This document shows, piece by piece, positions 9,857 to 19,586 of a stretch of 64,000 nt of DNA. Source of the stretch: Dehalococcoidia bacterium (GTDB taxonomy: Bacteria > Chloroflexota > Dehalococcoidia > Bin125); assembly GCA_963555985.3 (NCBI GenBank), contig OY820591.1:1472001-1536000 (forward strand), written 5' to 3'. Position numbers and translations under genes: made by a program. Every line of letters starts with the position of its first letter. Positions within the stretch are counted from its first letter, which is position 1. The notes under the pieces are model-generated. The model made no database searches, was not told where the DNA came from, and was given only the letters and a program-made list of their open reading frames with translations.

Positions 9857-10039
9857 TCGGTGAATACCGACACCCGTCGTGTACGGGCGCACTGCGCGCG
9901 ACGGGTTGAGTTTGGAGAGAGCAGCTTGAGCGGATCGGCTACTCGGTTGATTGCCTCGTCTCCCGCTGCGGAATCCCGGGTGCCGGCACCTGCGTGCGGG
10001 CGTGTAGGCTTGATCTGTGCGGCGACGCGCTCGACACGG

Positions 10040-10115
<76 letters not shown>

Positions 10116-10162
10116 GCTACCCGCGCAGCGATCGTCGCGTCGTAGAAGATCGCCGTCGCAGC

Positions 10163-10247
10163 GGGGAAGTGTCGGAACTGGTAGACGAGCATGACTTAGA
10201 ATCATGTGCCGCAAGGCGTAGGAGTTCGAGTCTCCTCTTCCCCACCA
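10163..10247 (+). tRNA. tRNA-Leu(TAG)
   Basis: GGGGAAG acceptor stem, CATGA-CTTAGAA-TCATG anticodon arm, long variable arm GCCGCAAGGC, CCA end; 85 nt. Confidence 0.95.
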
Positions 10248-10308
10248 CAACCGGAACGCGGCTGGGCCGATTGAGCGCCCCGACTGCGAGGAGCAAAGGA
10301 GTCAGGCG

Positions 10309-11353
10309 ATGGCTGATCCGCTGCTGAGCGTCCAGAATCTCTCGACCAGTTTCTTCACTTCCGAAGGAGTGGTGCGGGCGGTCAACGACGTCTCCTATGA
10401 CCTGATGCCTGGGCAGACGCTGGGACTGGTCGGCGAGTCTGGTTCCGGCAAGAGCGTTTCGGCGCTTTCGTTGTTGCGCCTGATTCCCAATCCTCCCGGG
10501 AAGATCGTCAACGGCGAAGTCTGGTTCGATGGCGAAGAGTTGATGAGCGTCGACGATGGCCGGATGCGCGAGATTCGCGGCAACGACATCGCGATGGTCT
10601 TCCAGGAGCCGATGACCTCGCTGAATCCGGTCTTGACGATCGGTCGCCAGCTGACCGAGGCGATCGAGCTGCACATGGGTCTCAACCGCTCGCAGGCGAA
10701 TGAACGCGCGATCGAGCTGCTCAACATGGTCGGGATTCCGGCTGCCGAGCAGCGCCTGTTCGACTTCCCGCATCAGTTCTCGGGCGGTATGCGTCAGCGC
10801 GTGATGATCGCGATGGCGCTTTCCTGCGATCCGAAGCTGCTGCTCGCGGACGAGCCGACGACCGCGCTGGACGTGACGATTCAGGCGCAGGTGCTCGAGG
10901 TGATGGCGCGCTTGAGCCGCGAGCTTGGAACCGCCGTGATCGTGATTACCCACAACCTGGGTGTGGTCGCGCGCTACGCCGACCGCGTGAACGTGATGTA
11001 CGGCGGCCGGATCGTGGAATCCGGCGAGGCGGGTGAGATTTACGCGCGCCCCAAGCACGCCTATACGCTCGGCTTGCTTGAGTCGGTGCCGCGACTTGAC
11101 GCCCGGACCGGTCGGCTGATCCCGATTGAAGGAACGCCGCCCGACCTGACGAACCTGCCGGACGGTTGTTCCTTCGCGCCGCGCTGTCGCTTTGCGACCG
11201 ATCAGTGCATGGAGGAGCGCCCGGAGCTGCAGGAGTACGCCCCCGGACACCTGGTGGCCTGCTGGCACTCGGAAGAGGTCGCCGACGAGGCCGACCGCAT
11301 TCTCGCCAGCGCGCACACCGAAGAACTGGTGCAACAAGAAGAGGAGACGGCCA

Positions 11354-11361
<8 letters not shown>
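10309..11361 (+). CDS. Oligopeptide/dipeptide ABC transporter ATP-binding protein (OppD/DppD type)
   Basis: Walker [40 protein letters not shown]-terminal CSFAPRC...C...ACWH. Confidence 0.95.
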
Positions 11362-12622
<1,261 letters not shown>

Positions 12623-12655
12623 GGCCTACGGCGCGGTGAGCGCAGTCCGAGCAGA

Positions 12656-12689
12656 AAGGGCGGGACCTCCGGGTCCCGCTCTTCGTTTG
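12656..12689 (+). terminator. Probable intrinsic terminator after the ABC ATPases
   Basis: AAGGGCGGGACC-TCCG-GGTCCCGCTCTT followed by CGTTT. Confidence 0.6.
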
Positions 12690-12729
12690 CGCCGGAACCC
12701 GGCTCTGTCGGTGATACGATCAAGCTCGC

Positions 12730-14635
12730 ATGACCCCTTCCCAGATCCGCAACTTCTGCATCGTTGCGCATATCGACCACGGCAAGTCGACGCTGTCCGA
12801 TCGGCTCTTGGAGGCGACGGCGACGGTCGATCCACGCAACATGTCCGCTCAGCTGCTCGATTCAATGGCGCTGGAGCGCGAGAAGGGGATCACGATCAAA
12901 GCCCGCGCGGTGCGCATGGACTACCGAGCGCAATCGGGTGAGCGGTTTCGGCTGCACCTGATTGACACGCCCGGTCACGTCGACTTCTCGTATGAGGTGT
13001 CGCGCAGCCTGGCGGCAGCAGAGGGCGCACTGTTGGTCGTGGACGCAGCCGAGGGAATTCAGGCTCAGACGCTTGCGAACGTCTACCTGGCGCTTGAGCA
13101 GGATCTGACCCTGATCCCGGTCGTGAACAAGATCGACCTGGACGTAGCCCGCCCGGAGGCAGTTGCGGCCGAGTTGGTTGATGTGGTCGGATTTTCGCGG
13201 GACGAGATTCTGTACGTCTCGGCTAAGACGGGCGAGGGGATCGACTCACTGCTCGAGGCGATCGTGGAGCGGATCCCGTCGCCTGAGGGCCACGCCGCAG
13301 AGCCGCTGCGGGCGCTGATCTTCGACTCCGAATACGACCCGTACAAGGGCGTGATCGCGCACGTGCGGGTCGTGGACGGCGAAGTGAAGGGGCAGACGCC
13401 GCTGCGCCTGAGCGCGACCAACCGTCGCTTCGAGGCGATGGAGGTAGGCAGTTTCTCGCCCGAACTGCGGCGTCTTGATTCCCTGGCTTCGGGTGATGTC
13501 GGGTATGTCGCAACGGGGCTGAAAGATGTTTCGGACGTTCGCGTCGGGGACACGATGACCGATGGCGGACGTCGCTCGCCGCCCCCGCTTGCGGGCTATC
13601 GGGAGCCGAAAGCGATGGTGTTCGCGGGTCTCTATCCGGCGAACTCGGCCGATTACCAGGAGCTGACCGACGCGCTCGACAAGCTACGGCTGTCCGATTC
13701 TTCGATCCTCTATCAGCCAGAGTCATCCGCTGCGCTCGGTTTCGGCTACCGAATGGGGTTCCTCGGCCTGCTGCACATGGAGATCGTCCAGGAACGACTG
13801 GAGCGGGAGTACGGTCTGGAGCTCGTCTTCACAGCTCCGTCGGTCGAATACGAAGTGGAAGGCGTTGACGGGGTAGTGCGGCTGATTGAGAACCCCTCCG
13901 ACCTGCCAGCCCCAAATCACGTATCGGAGATTCGTGAGCCATGGGTGCGGATCTCGGTGATCGCGCCGCATACCTACGTCGGTCCGGTGATGGAGCTGGT
14001 GACGGGTCGTCGCGGAGTCTTCGAGCGGATGGAGTACCTCCAGCGCAGCGGACAGACGGTGGAGGCGAACGGCAGCAACGGCGCCGCGCCCAGCGCCGAA
14101 CAGGTCCGGGTGCTGCTCGAGTATTCGTTGCCGCTGTCGGAGATCCTGACCGACTTCTACGACGAGCTGAAATCTCGCACGCACGGATACGCGAGTCTCG
14201 ACTACACGCTGAGCGGGTATCAGCCGGCCAAGCTGGTCAAGCTCGATCTGTTGATCAACGGGGAACCGGTCGATGCGCTCTCGGCGATTGTTCATTCGGA
14301 ACGAGCGGCGGTTCAGGGCCGAGAATTGGCAGACAAGTTGCGCCGGTTGATCCCGCGCCAGCTGTTCGACGTGCCGATTCAGGCGGTGGTTGGAGGGCGC
14401 GTGATTGCGCGCGAAACCGTCCGCGCGATGCGCAAGAACGTCACTGCCAAGTGCTACGGCGGCGATATCACGCGCAAGCGCCAACGTCACTGCCAAGTGC
14501 TACGGCGGCGATATCACGCGCAAGCGGAAACTGCTCGCTCGGCAAGCGGAAGGGAAGAAGCGGCTCAAGCGCGTCGGCAACGTCGAGATTCCGCAGGAGG
14601 CGTTCCTGGCAGTGTTGCAGATTGGACGGGAGTAG
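12730..14635 (+). pseudogene. lepA: Elongation factor 4 (LepA), frameshifted near the 3' end as assembled
   Basis: IRNFCIVAHIDHGKST, REKGITIK, DTPGHVDF, GFLGLLHMEIVQERLERE; the true C-terminus ([14 protein letters not shown]...[10 protein letters not shown]) continues in another frame after a 46-bp insertion. Confidence 0.9.
14437..14526 (+). repeat. Perfect 44-bp tandem duplication with CC spacer inside lepA
   Basis: AACGTCACTGCCAAGTGCTACGGCGGCGATATCACGCGCAAGCG at 14437-14480 and 14483-14526. Confidence 0.97.
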
Positions 14636-14655
14636 CGGCGCGCGACCGAGTGGTA

Positions 14656-16035
14656 TCAAGCGTGTGCGGTCGCGCCATTCGCTCCGGCCGCCGCCGGTTC
14701 GGCTTCCTCGGTCTCGTCAACTTCCTCTTCTTCAGGCACGATTTCGAGCACGCCGGCGGTGTTGGCAATTGACTGCCGCAGCTCCGCCAGCGCCTCCGGA
14801 TCATCGGACTCTTCGAGCGCGAAGCTGACCAACTCGAATAAGGCCTCAACCGGGATCAGCGTGTAGCCGTAGGTCTCGCAGGCGTTGATCAAGGTCTGGG
14901 GAATCGCCTGGCGGCGGAGCTTGGGTTCGGTCTGACGCTGCCCGTTTGCGACGATGATGCCCTTCGGGCGCACCCGCCGGCTCAGGTAGCGCTCTTCGAT
15001 TCGTTGTTGGAGCGTGAGATACACGCGGTCACTGACCGCGCTGGATGAGCTAGCAATTTCGAGCAACGCCGTGTCGGAGCCGTCGCGGAGTTCGATTGGG
15101 CCGTCAGTGGCAGGCACGGTATAGCCGAGTACGCGGAACGCCTCGCGGACGGTTTCCTCAAACAGGCGATCGCTGCGCCAGAGCAGCGACTGAAAGCGGA
15201 TCGTGTCGTCAAGCAACGCGCGCGCTTCCGTGACGCGGCGCTGCGCCTCGGTCAGGGCGGCATTCGCTTCCGTGAGCCGCTGGCGGGCGTCGGCTGCTTC
15301 GGGTCCGTCAAAGCGCGACACCCAGTGCGGGGCGTTGCCGCTCGCTTCAGCGTGGGACATTCGCTCAATCAGCTCCAACAGCGCTGCGGTAAACGTCTTG
15401 CGCTGGGAGGTGGAGAGCTGATCGTTGGGGGCGGGAAGCGCGATGATCCGCCCGGCTGCGACGGGGAATTCTGCCGCGAGCGCGGCCCCGCCGATGCTGC
15501 GTCCGACAATCTGCGCGCCTTGATCGGGCCGCAGATCGAGGATCGCCCGATAGCGCAGGCGTCCCGCCAGATCATCCAGATATCCGGCAACCGGATGCTG
15601 GGGAATGGTCGCGCGCACATCGCGGCCGTCAGCCGGACGCAGCCGAGGCCAATGGAAAGGATCGCCTTCGGGCGCCGGCAGCAGCGCATAGCGATCCAAA
15701 CCCGGGAAGGAAGGCACGTTGGGATGGCGCACGTTGGGATGGAGGAAGAGCACGATCAGGCCGCCGTGCTCAACGAGTTGCAGCAGTTCGAGCCGGCGCT
15801 GCTCAAGCAGTTCTCCAAGGCCGAAATGGAATGCGCCCGACTCGCCTGCTGCGACCGCGCGTCCGTCCGGTGCGCGGAGATTGAGCGTGCCTTCAGCCAG
15901 GCCGTCAATCTGCTCGGAGACGGCGCGCGGGTCGATGATGCAGGCGTCGTAATCGAAGATCGAGGGCGCATTCGCGATCGAATGATTATCGACCTGCGGA
16001 TTGGGAATGGGGCAGCCGATCGAGATGATGCGCAT
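14656..16035 (-). CDS. Hypothetical protein with coiled coil and a C-terminal restriction-endonuclease-like domain
   Basis: About 459 aa from MRIISIG; C-terminal FEETVREAFRVLGY...LLEIA...KGIIVANG pattern resembles PD-(D/E)xK folds (inference). Confidence 0.65.
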   Translation of the reverse strand: MRIISIGCPIPNPQVDNHSIANAPSIFDYDACIIDPRAVSEQIDGLAEGTLNLRAPDGRAVAAGESGAFHFGLGELLEQRRLELLQLVEHGGLIVLFLHPNVRHPNVPSFPGLDRYALLPAPEGDPFHWPRLRPADGRDVRATIPQHPVAGYLDDLAGRLRYRAILDLRPDQGAQIVGRSIGGAALAAEFPVAAGRIIALPAPNDQLSTSQRKTFTAALLELIERMSHAEASGNAPHWVSRFDGPEAADARQRLTEANAALTEAQRRVTEARALLDDTIRFQSLLWRSDRLFEETVREAFRVLGYTVPATDGPIELRDGSDTALLEIASSSSAVSDRVYLTLQQRIEERYLSRRVRPKGIIVANGQRQTEPKLRRQAIPQTLINACETYGYTLIPVEALFELVSFALEESDDPEALAELRQSIANTAGVLEIVPEEEEVDETEEAEPAAAGANGATAHA

Positions 16036-16182
16036 ACGGCTGCTCGCCTTCGTTCTGCTTGGGATGTTGCGCGCCGACACCGGATCGCCGCGCTTTGCCC
16101 TGGGAGCTTGGAGTCGAGTCTATGAGCACCCCGAAGCGGCGGCAATTCTCGGAGATCGTCGTTTGTCTGGTCGGGAGGCGCA

Positions 16183-16212
16183 TTGACGGAGCGAATTGGC
16201 GCGGACTAGGCT
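16183..16212 (+). promoter_or_regulatory. Sigma70-type promoter of the SRP RNA
   Basis: TTGACG-18 nt-TAGGCT ending 6 nt before the SRP RNA 5' end. Confidence 0.6.
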
Positions 16213-16218
16213 TGCGGT

Positions 16219-16486
16219 GGCCGTGCTAGATGGGGAGCTAGCGGTGCCCTGTACCCGCAATCCGCTCTAGCGGGGTTGAATTCCTGCGCTGAGGCCGTAA
16301 CGCATGAGGTCTACCGACGCCAAGCAGTGATGAAGTCTGGGTCCCGCGCGGCGTAGCGCCGTGAACCCCGTCAGGTCCGAGAGGAAGCAGCGGTAAGCGG
16401 TCAGTTGCGGGTGACGCGGGAGTGCCTGGGCGGAGCCGGCTAGCGGAGGCAAGCTCATGGCGGCGTTCGACGGCAGGTGCACGGCC
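16219..16486 (+). ncRNA. ffs: Large bacterial signal recognition particle RNA (Alu plus S domains)
   Basis: 5' GGCCGTGCTAGATGGGGAGCTAGCGGTGCCCTGT Alu-type start; helix-8 motif TCAGGTCCGAGAGGAAGCAGC; terminal helix GGCCGTGC/GCACGGCC. Confidence 0.93.
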
Positions 16487-16539
16487 GCAGCTCTACACAA
16501 CATCCCGGTGCGGAGAGGGCGTCTCCGCGTGGTCGCACC

Positions 16540-17379
16540 GTGAGCGGACGCCGACGGCGAGCGCGCCTGGGCCAGCATCTACTCCGCGATCAGCGCGTCC
16601 TCGAACGAATCGTTGAGGCAATACCCGACGATGCTCTGCCCCTGCTCGAAATCGGCGCAGGGGACGGTGTGTTGACCGCTCACCTAGCTCGTCTGCAACG
16701 CCCCCTGGTCGCAGTCGAACTCGATCCCGGCATGGCTCAGCGGGCGCGGCGGCGGCTCCAGGGCGAGGGTGTCGACAGTAGCGCGATCGTGCTCGAAGGC
16801 GACATTCTGGACACCGATCCCGACGAAGCGCTCGCGGCCGTTGCGGTTCGACCGCCCTATGGTCTGGTGGGAAATCTCCCCTACGCGATCACCGCCCTGA
16901 TCTTCCGCAAGTTTCTGGAGCGCGAAACGAGCCGCCCGGAATGGATGCTCGTGATGACGCAACTGGAGGTTGCGCAACGTGTCACAGCCGCAGCCGGCAA
17001 GTTGTCGCTGTTGAGCGTCTCGGTCCAGTTCTACGCCGAGCCGGAGCTGTTGTTCACCGTCGAGCGCGAATCGTTCTCGCCGCCCCCGCAGGTGCGATCG
17101 GCGGTGATGCTGCTGCGGGTTCGACCGGGGCCGGCGGTTGACGTTCCCAGCGTGGAGCGCTTTTTCGAGGTCGTTCGCGCAGGCTTTCGCAGTCCGCGCA
17201 AGCAGCTCCACAACGCCCTCTCGCAGGGCGTCTGGACCGGCCCGGAGGGAGCGACGCCCTGGCTGGAGGCGTGTGAGATCGATCCGACTCGCCGGCCGGG
17301 AACGCTGACGCTGGAAGAGTGGACGCGCTTGGCCTGGTGGCGCGAGCGCCAGTTCGATACGAACGAGGCGGCGTCATGA
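16540..17379 (+). CDS. rsmA: 16S rRNA adenine dimethyltransferase
   Basis: LGQHLL, LEIGAGDG, VGNLPYAIT, QLEVAQR, FSPPPQVRSA, RKQLHN; GTG start at 16540. Confidence 0.94.
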   Translation: MSGRRRRARLGQHLLRDQRVLERIVEAIPDDALPLLEIGAGDGVLTAHLARLQRPLVAVELDPGMAQRARRRLQGEGVDSSAIVLEGDILDTDPDEALAAVAVRPPYGLVGNLPYAITALIFRKFLERETSRPEWMLVMTQLEVAQRVTAAAGKLSLLSVSVQFYAEPELLFTVERESFSPPPQVRSAVMLLRVRPGPAVDVPSVERFFEVVRAGFRSPRKQLHNALSQGVWTGPEGATPWLEACEIDPTRRPGTLTLEEWTRLAWWRERQFDTNEAAS

Positions 17380-18314
17380 GCGCGGCGCTCTGCACACGAG
17401 CGGCAGCCAAGCTCAATTTGACGCTGGAGGTACAAGGCCGCCGCCCGGATGGTTTCCATAATCTCGCATCGGTGGCGACCTCGCTCGACCTATTCGACGA
17501 CGTGAGCTTGCGTCCGGCAGACGAACGCAGCGTCCGCTATATCGATGAGCGGGGTCGCCCGGTCTCGATCCTGACAGACGACGACATCATCCTGCGCGCT
17601 TGGGATGAACTTGAGCGACGCACCGGCGTACGGCACGGCGGCGCGGTGGACGTAGTGAAACGGATTCCGGTCAGCGCCGGTCTGGGCGGCGGCTCGACCG
17701 ACGCAGCCGCTTTTCTGCGGCTGGCGCGCGCCGCCTGGGACTTGCCCTTTACCGACGATGAATTGATCGACGTAGGCGCAGCGATCGGCTCCGACGTACC
17801 GGCCTGCCTCACCGGCGGCATGGTTCGTATGGATGACCGCGGCGAACGCATTACGCCGCTCAAAGCTCCAGCCTCGGCGCTTGCCGGATGGTCTGCGTTC
17901 ATCTTCACCCCCGAGATCCCGGTGCCTGACGCGAAGACGGCGGCGATGTACCGCTCGCTGCGACCGACCGATTTCCGCTCCGGGGAAGCTACGGACACCC
18001 TGTTCGCCTCGCTCAAAGAAGGTCGGCCTCCAACCCAAGACGACTGCGTGAACTCGTTCGACGCCGTCGCCCGAGAAGTGATGCAAGGACTCACCGCCGC
18101 CTGGCGCAGGATGGGCGCGGCGGTCGGTTGGGCCTGTCACTATGCGCGCGTGGACTCACCGATTCCGCTCCTCGCCGGCGCCGGCCCGTCAATGTTCGCG
18201 ATCGTGCCTTCGCAAATCGCGCTCGCGGCGCTGGATGACCTGAGCAGCGGAGGATTCGTCTACGCAGCCAGACCGCTCCCACGCGAAGAGGCTGTCGCCG
18301 TTTGGGAGTGCTGA
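17376..18314 (+). CDS. ispE: 4-diphosphocytidyl-2-C-methyl-D-erythritol kinase
   Basis: AKLNLTLEV.GRRPDGFH, KRIPVSAGLGGGSTDAA, IGSDVP; ATGA overlap with rsmA. Confidence 0.93.
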   Translation: MSAALCTRAAAKLNLTLEVQGRRPDGFHNLASVATSLDLFDDVSLRPADERSVRYIDERGRPVSILTDDDIILRAWDELERRTGVRHGGAVDVVKRIPVSAGLGGGSTDAAAFLRLARAAWDLPFTDDELIDVGAAIGSDVPACLTGGMVRMDDRGERITPLKAPASALAGWSAFIFTPEIPVPDAKTAAMYRSLRPTDFRSGEATDTLFASLKEGRPPTQDDCVNSFDAVAREVMQGLTAAWRRMGAAVGWACHYARVDSPIPLLAGAGPSMFAIVPSQIALAALDDLSSGGFVYAARPLPREEAVAVWEC

Positions 18315-18315
18315 C

Positions 18316-18732
18316 GTGGACGCGGTCGCGGCGCTGTTTTCAGGATTCGTCAGCGGCGCAGCGGTCGGCGTGCTGGGATTGGGGATTCTCGGTCCGCTGC
18401 TCGTGACTGTGCCGACCACGAATCGGCTGCGCCGCGCATTTCCGGATCCGTCCAACTGGGTGATGGTCAGTCTCGGTCTGGCCTTGGTCGGGCAGGCGGG
18501 CTGCGCCGTCTTGGGCATGATCCTGGGGGCGGCGCTCCTCAGCCTGGGCCGCACCTCACCCGGTCTGGGCAGTCCGTCCTGGATGTTCACAACGGCGGTC
18601 TTGGCGGTCGTGGCCGGATTCGCGCTGGCGGCGATCGTCTGGCAACCGACCCTGCTCAAGCGGGTGCTCCTGCTTGCTCTGCTGACAGCGGGAGCGTTCG
18701 GCTGGATGCTGCCGCATCTAGCTTCGGCTTGA
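18316..18732 (+). CDS. Hypothetical membrane protein (about 4 TM helices)
   Basis: Four hydrophobic stretches; starts 1 nt after the ispE stop. Confidence 0.7.
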   Translation: MDAVAALFSGFVSGAAVGVLGLGILGPLLVTVPTTNRLRRAFPDPSNWVMVSLGLALVGQAGCAVLGMILGAALLSLGRTSPGLGSPSWMFTTAVLAVVAGFALAAIVWQPTLLKRVLLLALLTAGAFGWMLPHLASA

Positions 18733-18823
18733 CTGAACGGATCGAATCGGCGCGTATACTCGATTCACAGATCTAGTCACGGCGCTGGAATTCCCCCGCT
18801 GCGCCCTTGAAGTTGGAGACTTC

Positions 18824-19558
18824 ATGGACCCTCAGTCCATGCCCGGAACGATCCTCGACGCCCACATTCACACCGTTCGCGGCGCAGCCGACAGCGCGCT
18901 CCAGCCGGACGACCTGCTCGCCGAAGCTCAGCGCATCAGCCTCTCCGGGGTCAACCTGACCGAGCACGATCGCGTCTGGGAACGCTACGACTGGAACAAG
19001 TTTCGCAACGAAATGTCCGACGCCGGGATCTACCTCAACCAAGGGATGGAGGTCTCGACCGATCTGGGCCACATCGTCGTGTTTGGGATCGACCAGTATT
19101 ACGCCGGAATTCGATCCGCCGAGCGGCTGCGTGAAGTCTGCGACGAGATCGGTGCATTCATGTCGGTGGCGCACCCATTCCGCCACTTTTTCGATCCGGT
19201 CACGTTCCGGCGCAAAGGCGAAGAGCCGTTCTCGATGACGCCTGAAGAGGCTGCCGAGAAGATGCATGTGTTCCAGGTCGTGCATGGGATCGAAGTCGGC
19301 AACGGCGGCAACACGAGACGAGAGAACCTGTTCGCGTTGGAGGTCGCACGCATCCTCAACAAACCGGTGACAGGCGGCTCCGACGCGCACTCGACCTCGG
19401 GCATCGGAAGCTACACGACCGTCTTCCCGGAGCCGCTGACCTGCCGCGAGCAAACCGTGCAGTTGCTCCACGACCGCGCCACCGTCTGCTACGAGGGCCT
19501 CAACATCGGTGAGTTCCGACCCTTCGAACCCTGCACCGAGGACGGGCCGGCAGGCTAA
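18824..19558 (+). CDS. PHP-domain metal-dependent phosphoesterase
   Basis: DAHIHT, TEHD, GMEVST..GHI, AHP, GGSDAH. Confidence 0.9.
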   Translation: MDPQSMPGTILDAHIHTVRGAADSALQPDDLLAEAQRISLSGVNLTEHDRVWERYDWNKFRNEMSDAGIYLNQGMEVSTDLGHIVVFGIDQYYAGIRSAERLREVCDEIGAFMSVAHPFRHFFDPVTFRRKGEEPFSMTPEEAAEKMHVFQVVHGIEVGNGGNTRRENLFALEVARILNKPVTGGSDAHSTSGIGSYTTVFPEPLTCREQTVQLLHDRATVCYEGLNIGEFRPFEPCTEDGPAG

Positions 19559-19586
19559 GCCGGCGTTGAAACGACGGGCTGCGCCG

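Noticed and set aside
14527-14772. 680-aa LepA with a novel C-terminal extension
   Set aside because: The tail is out-of-frame read-through from the 46-bp insertion; the authentic C-terminus is in the other frame and ends at 14635.
16267-16578. 103-aa minus-strand ORF and the upstream extension of rsmA
   Set aside because: Both overlap the SRP RNA gene.
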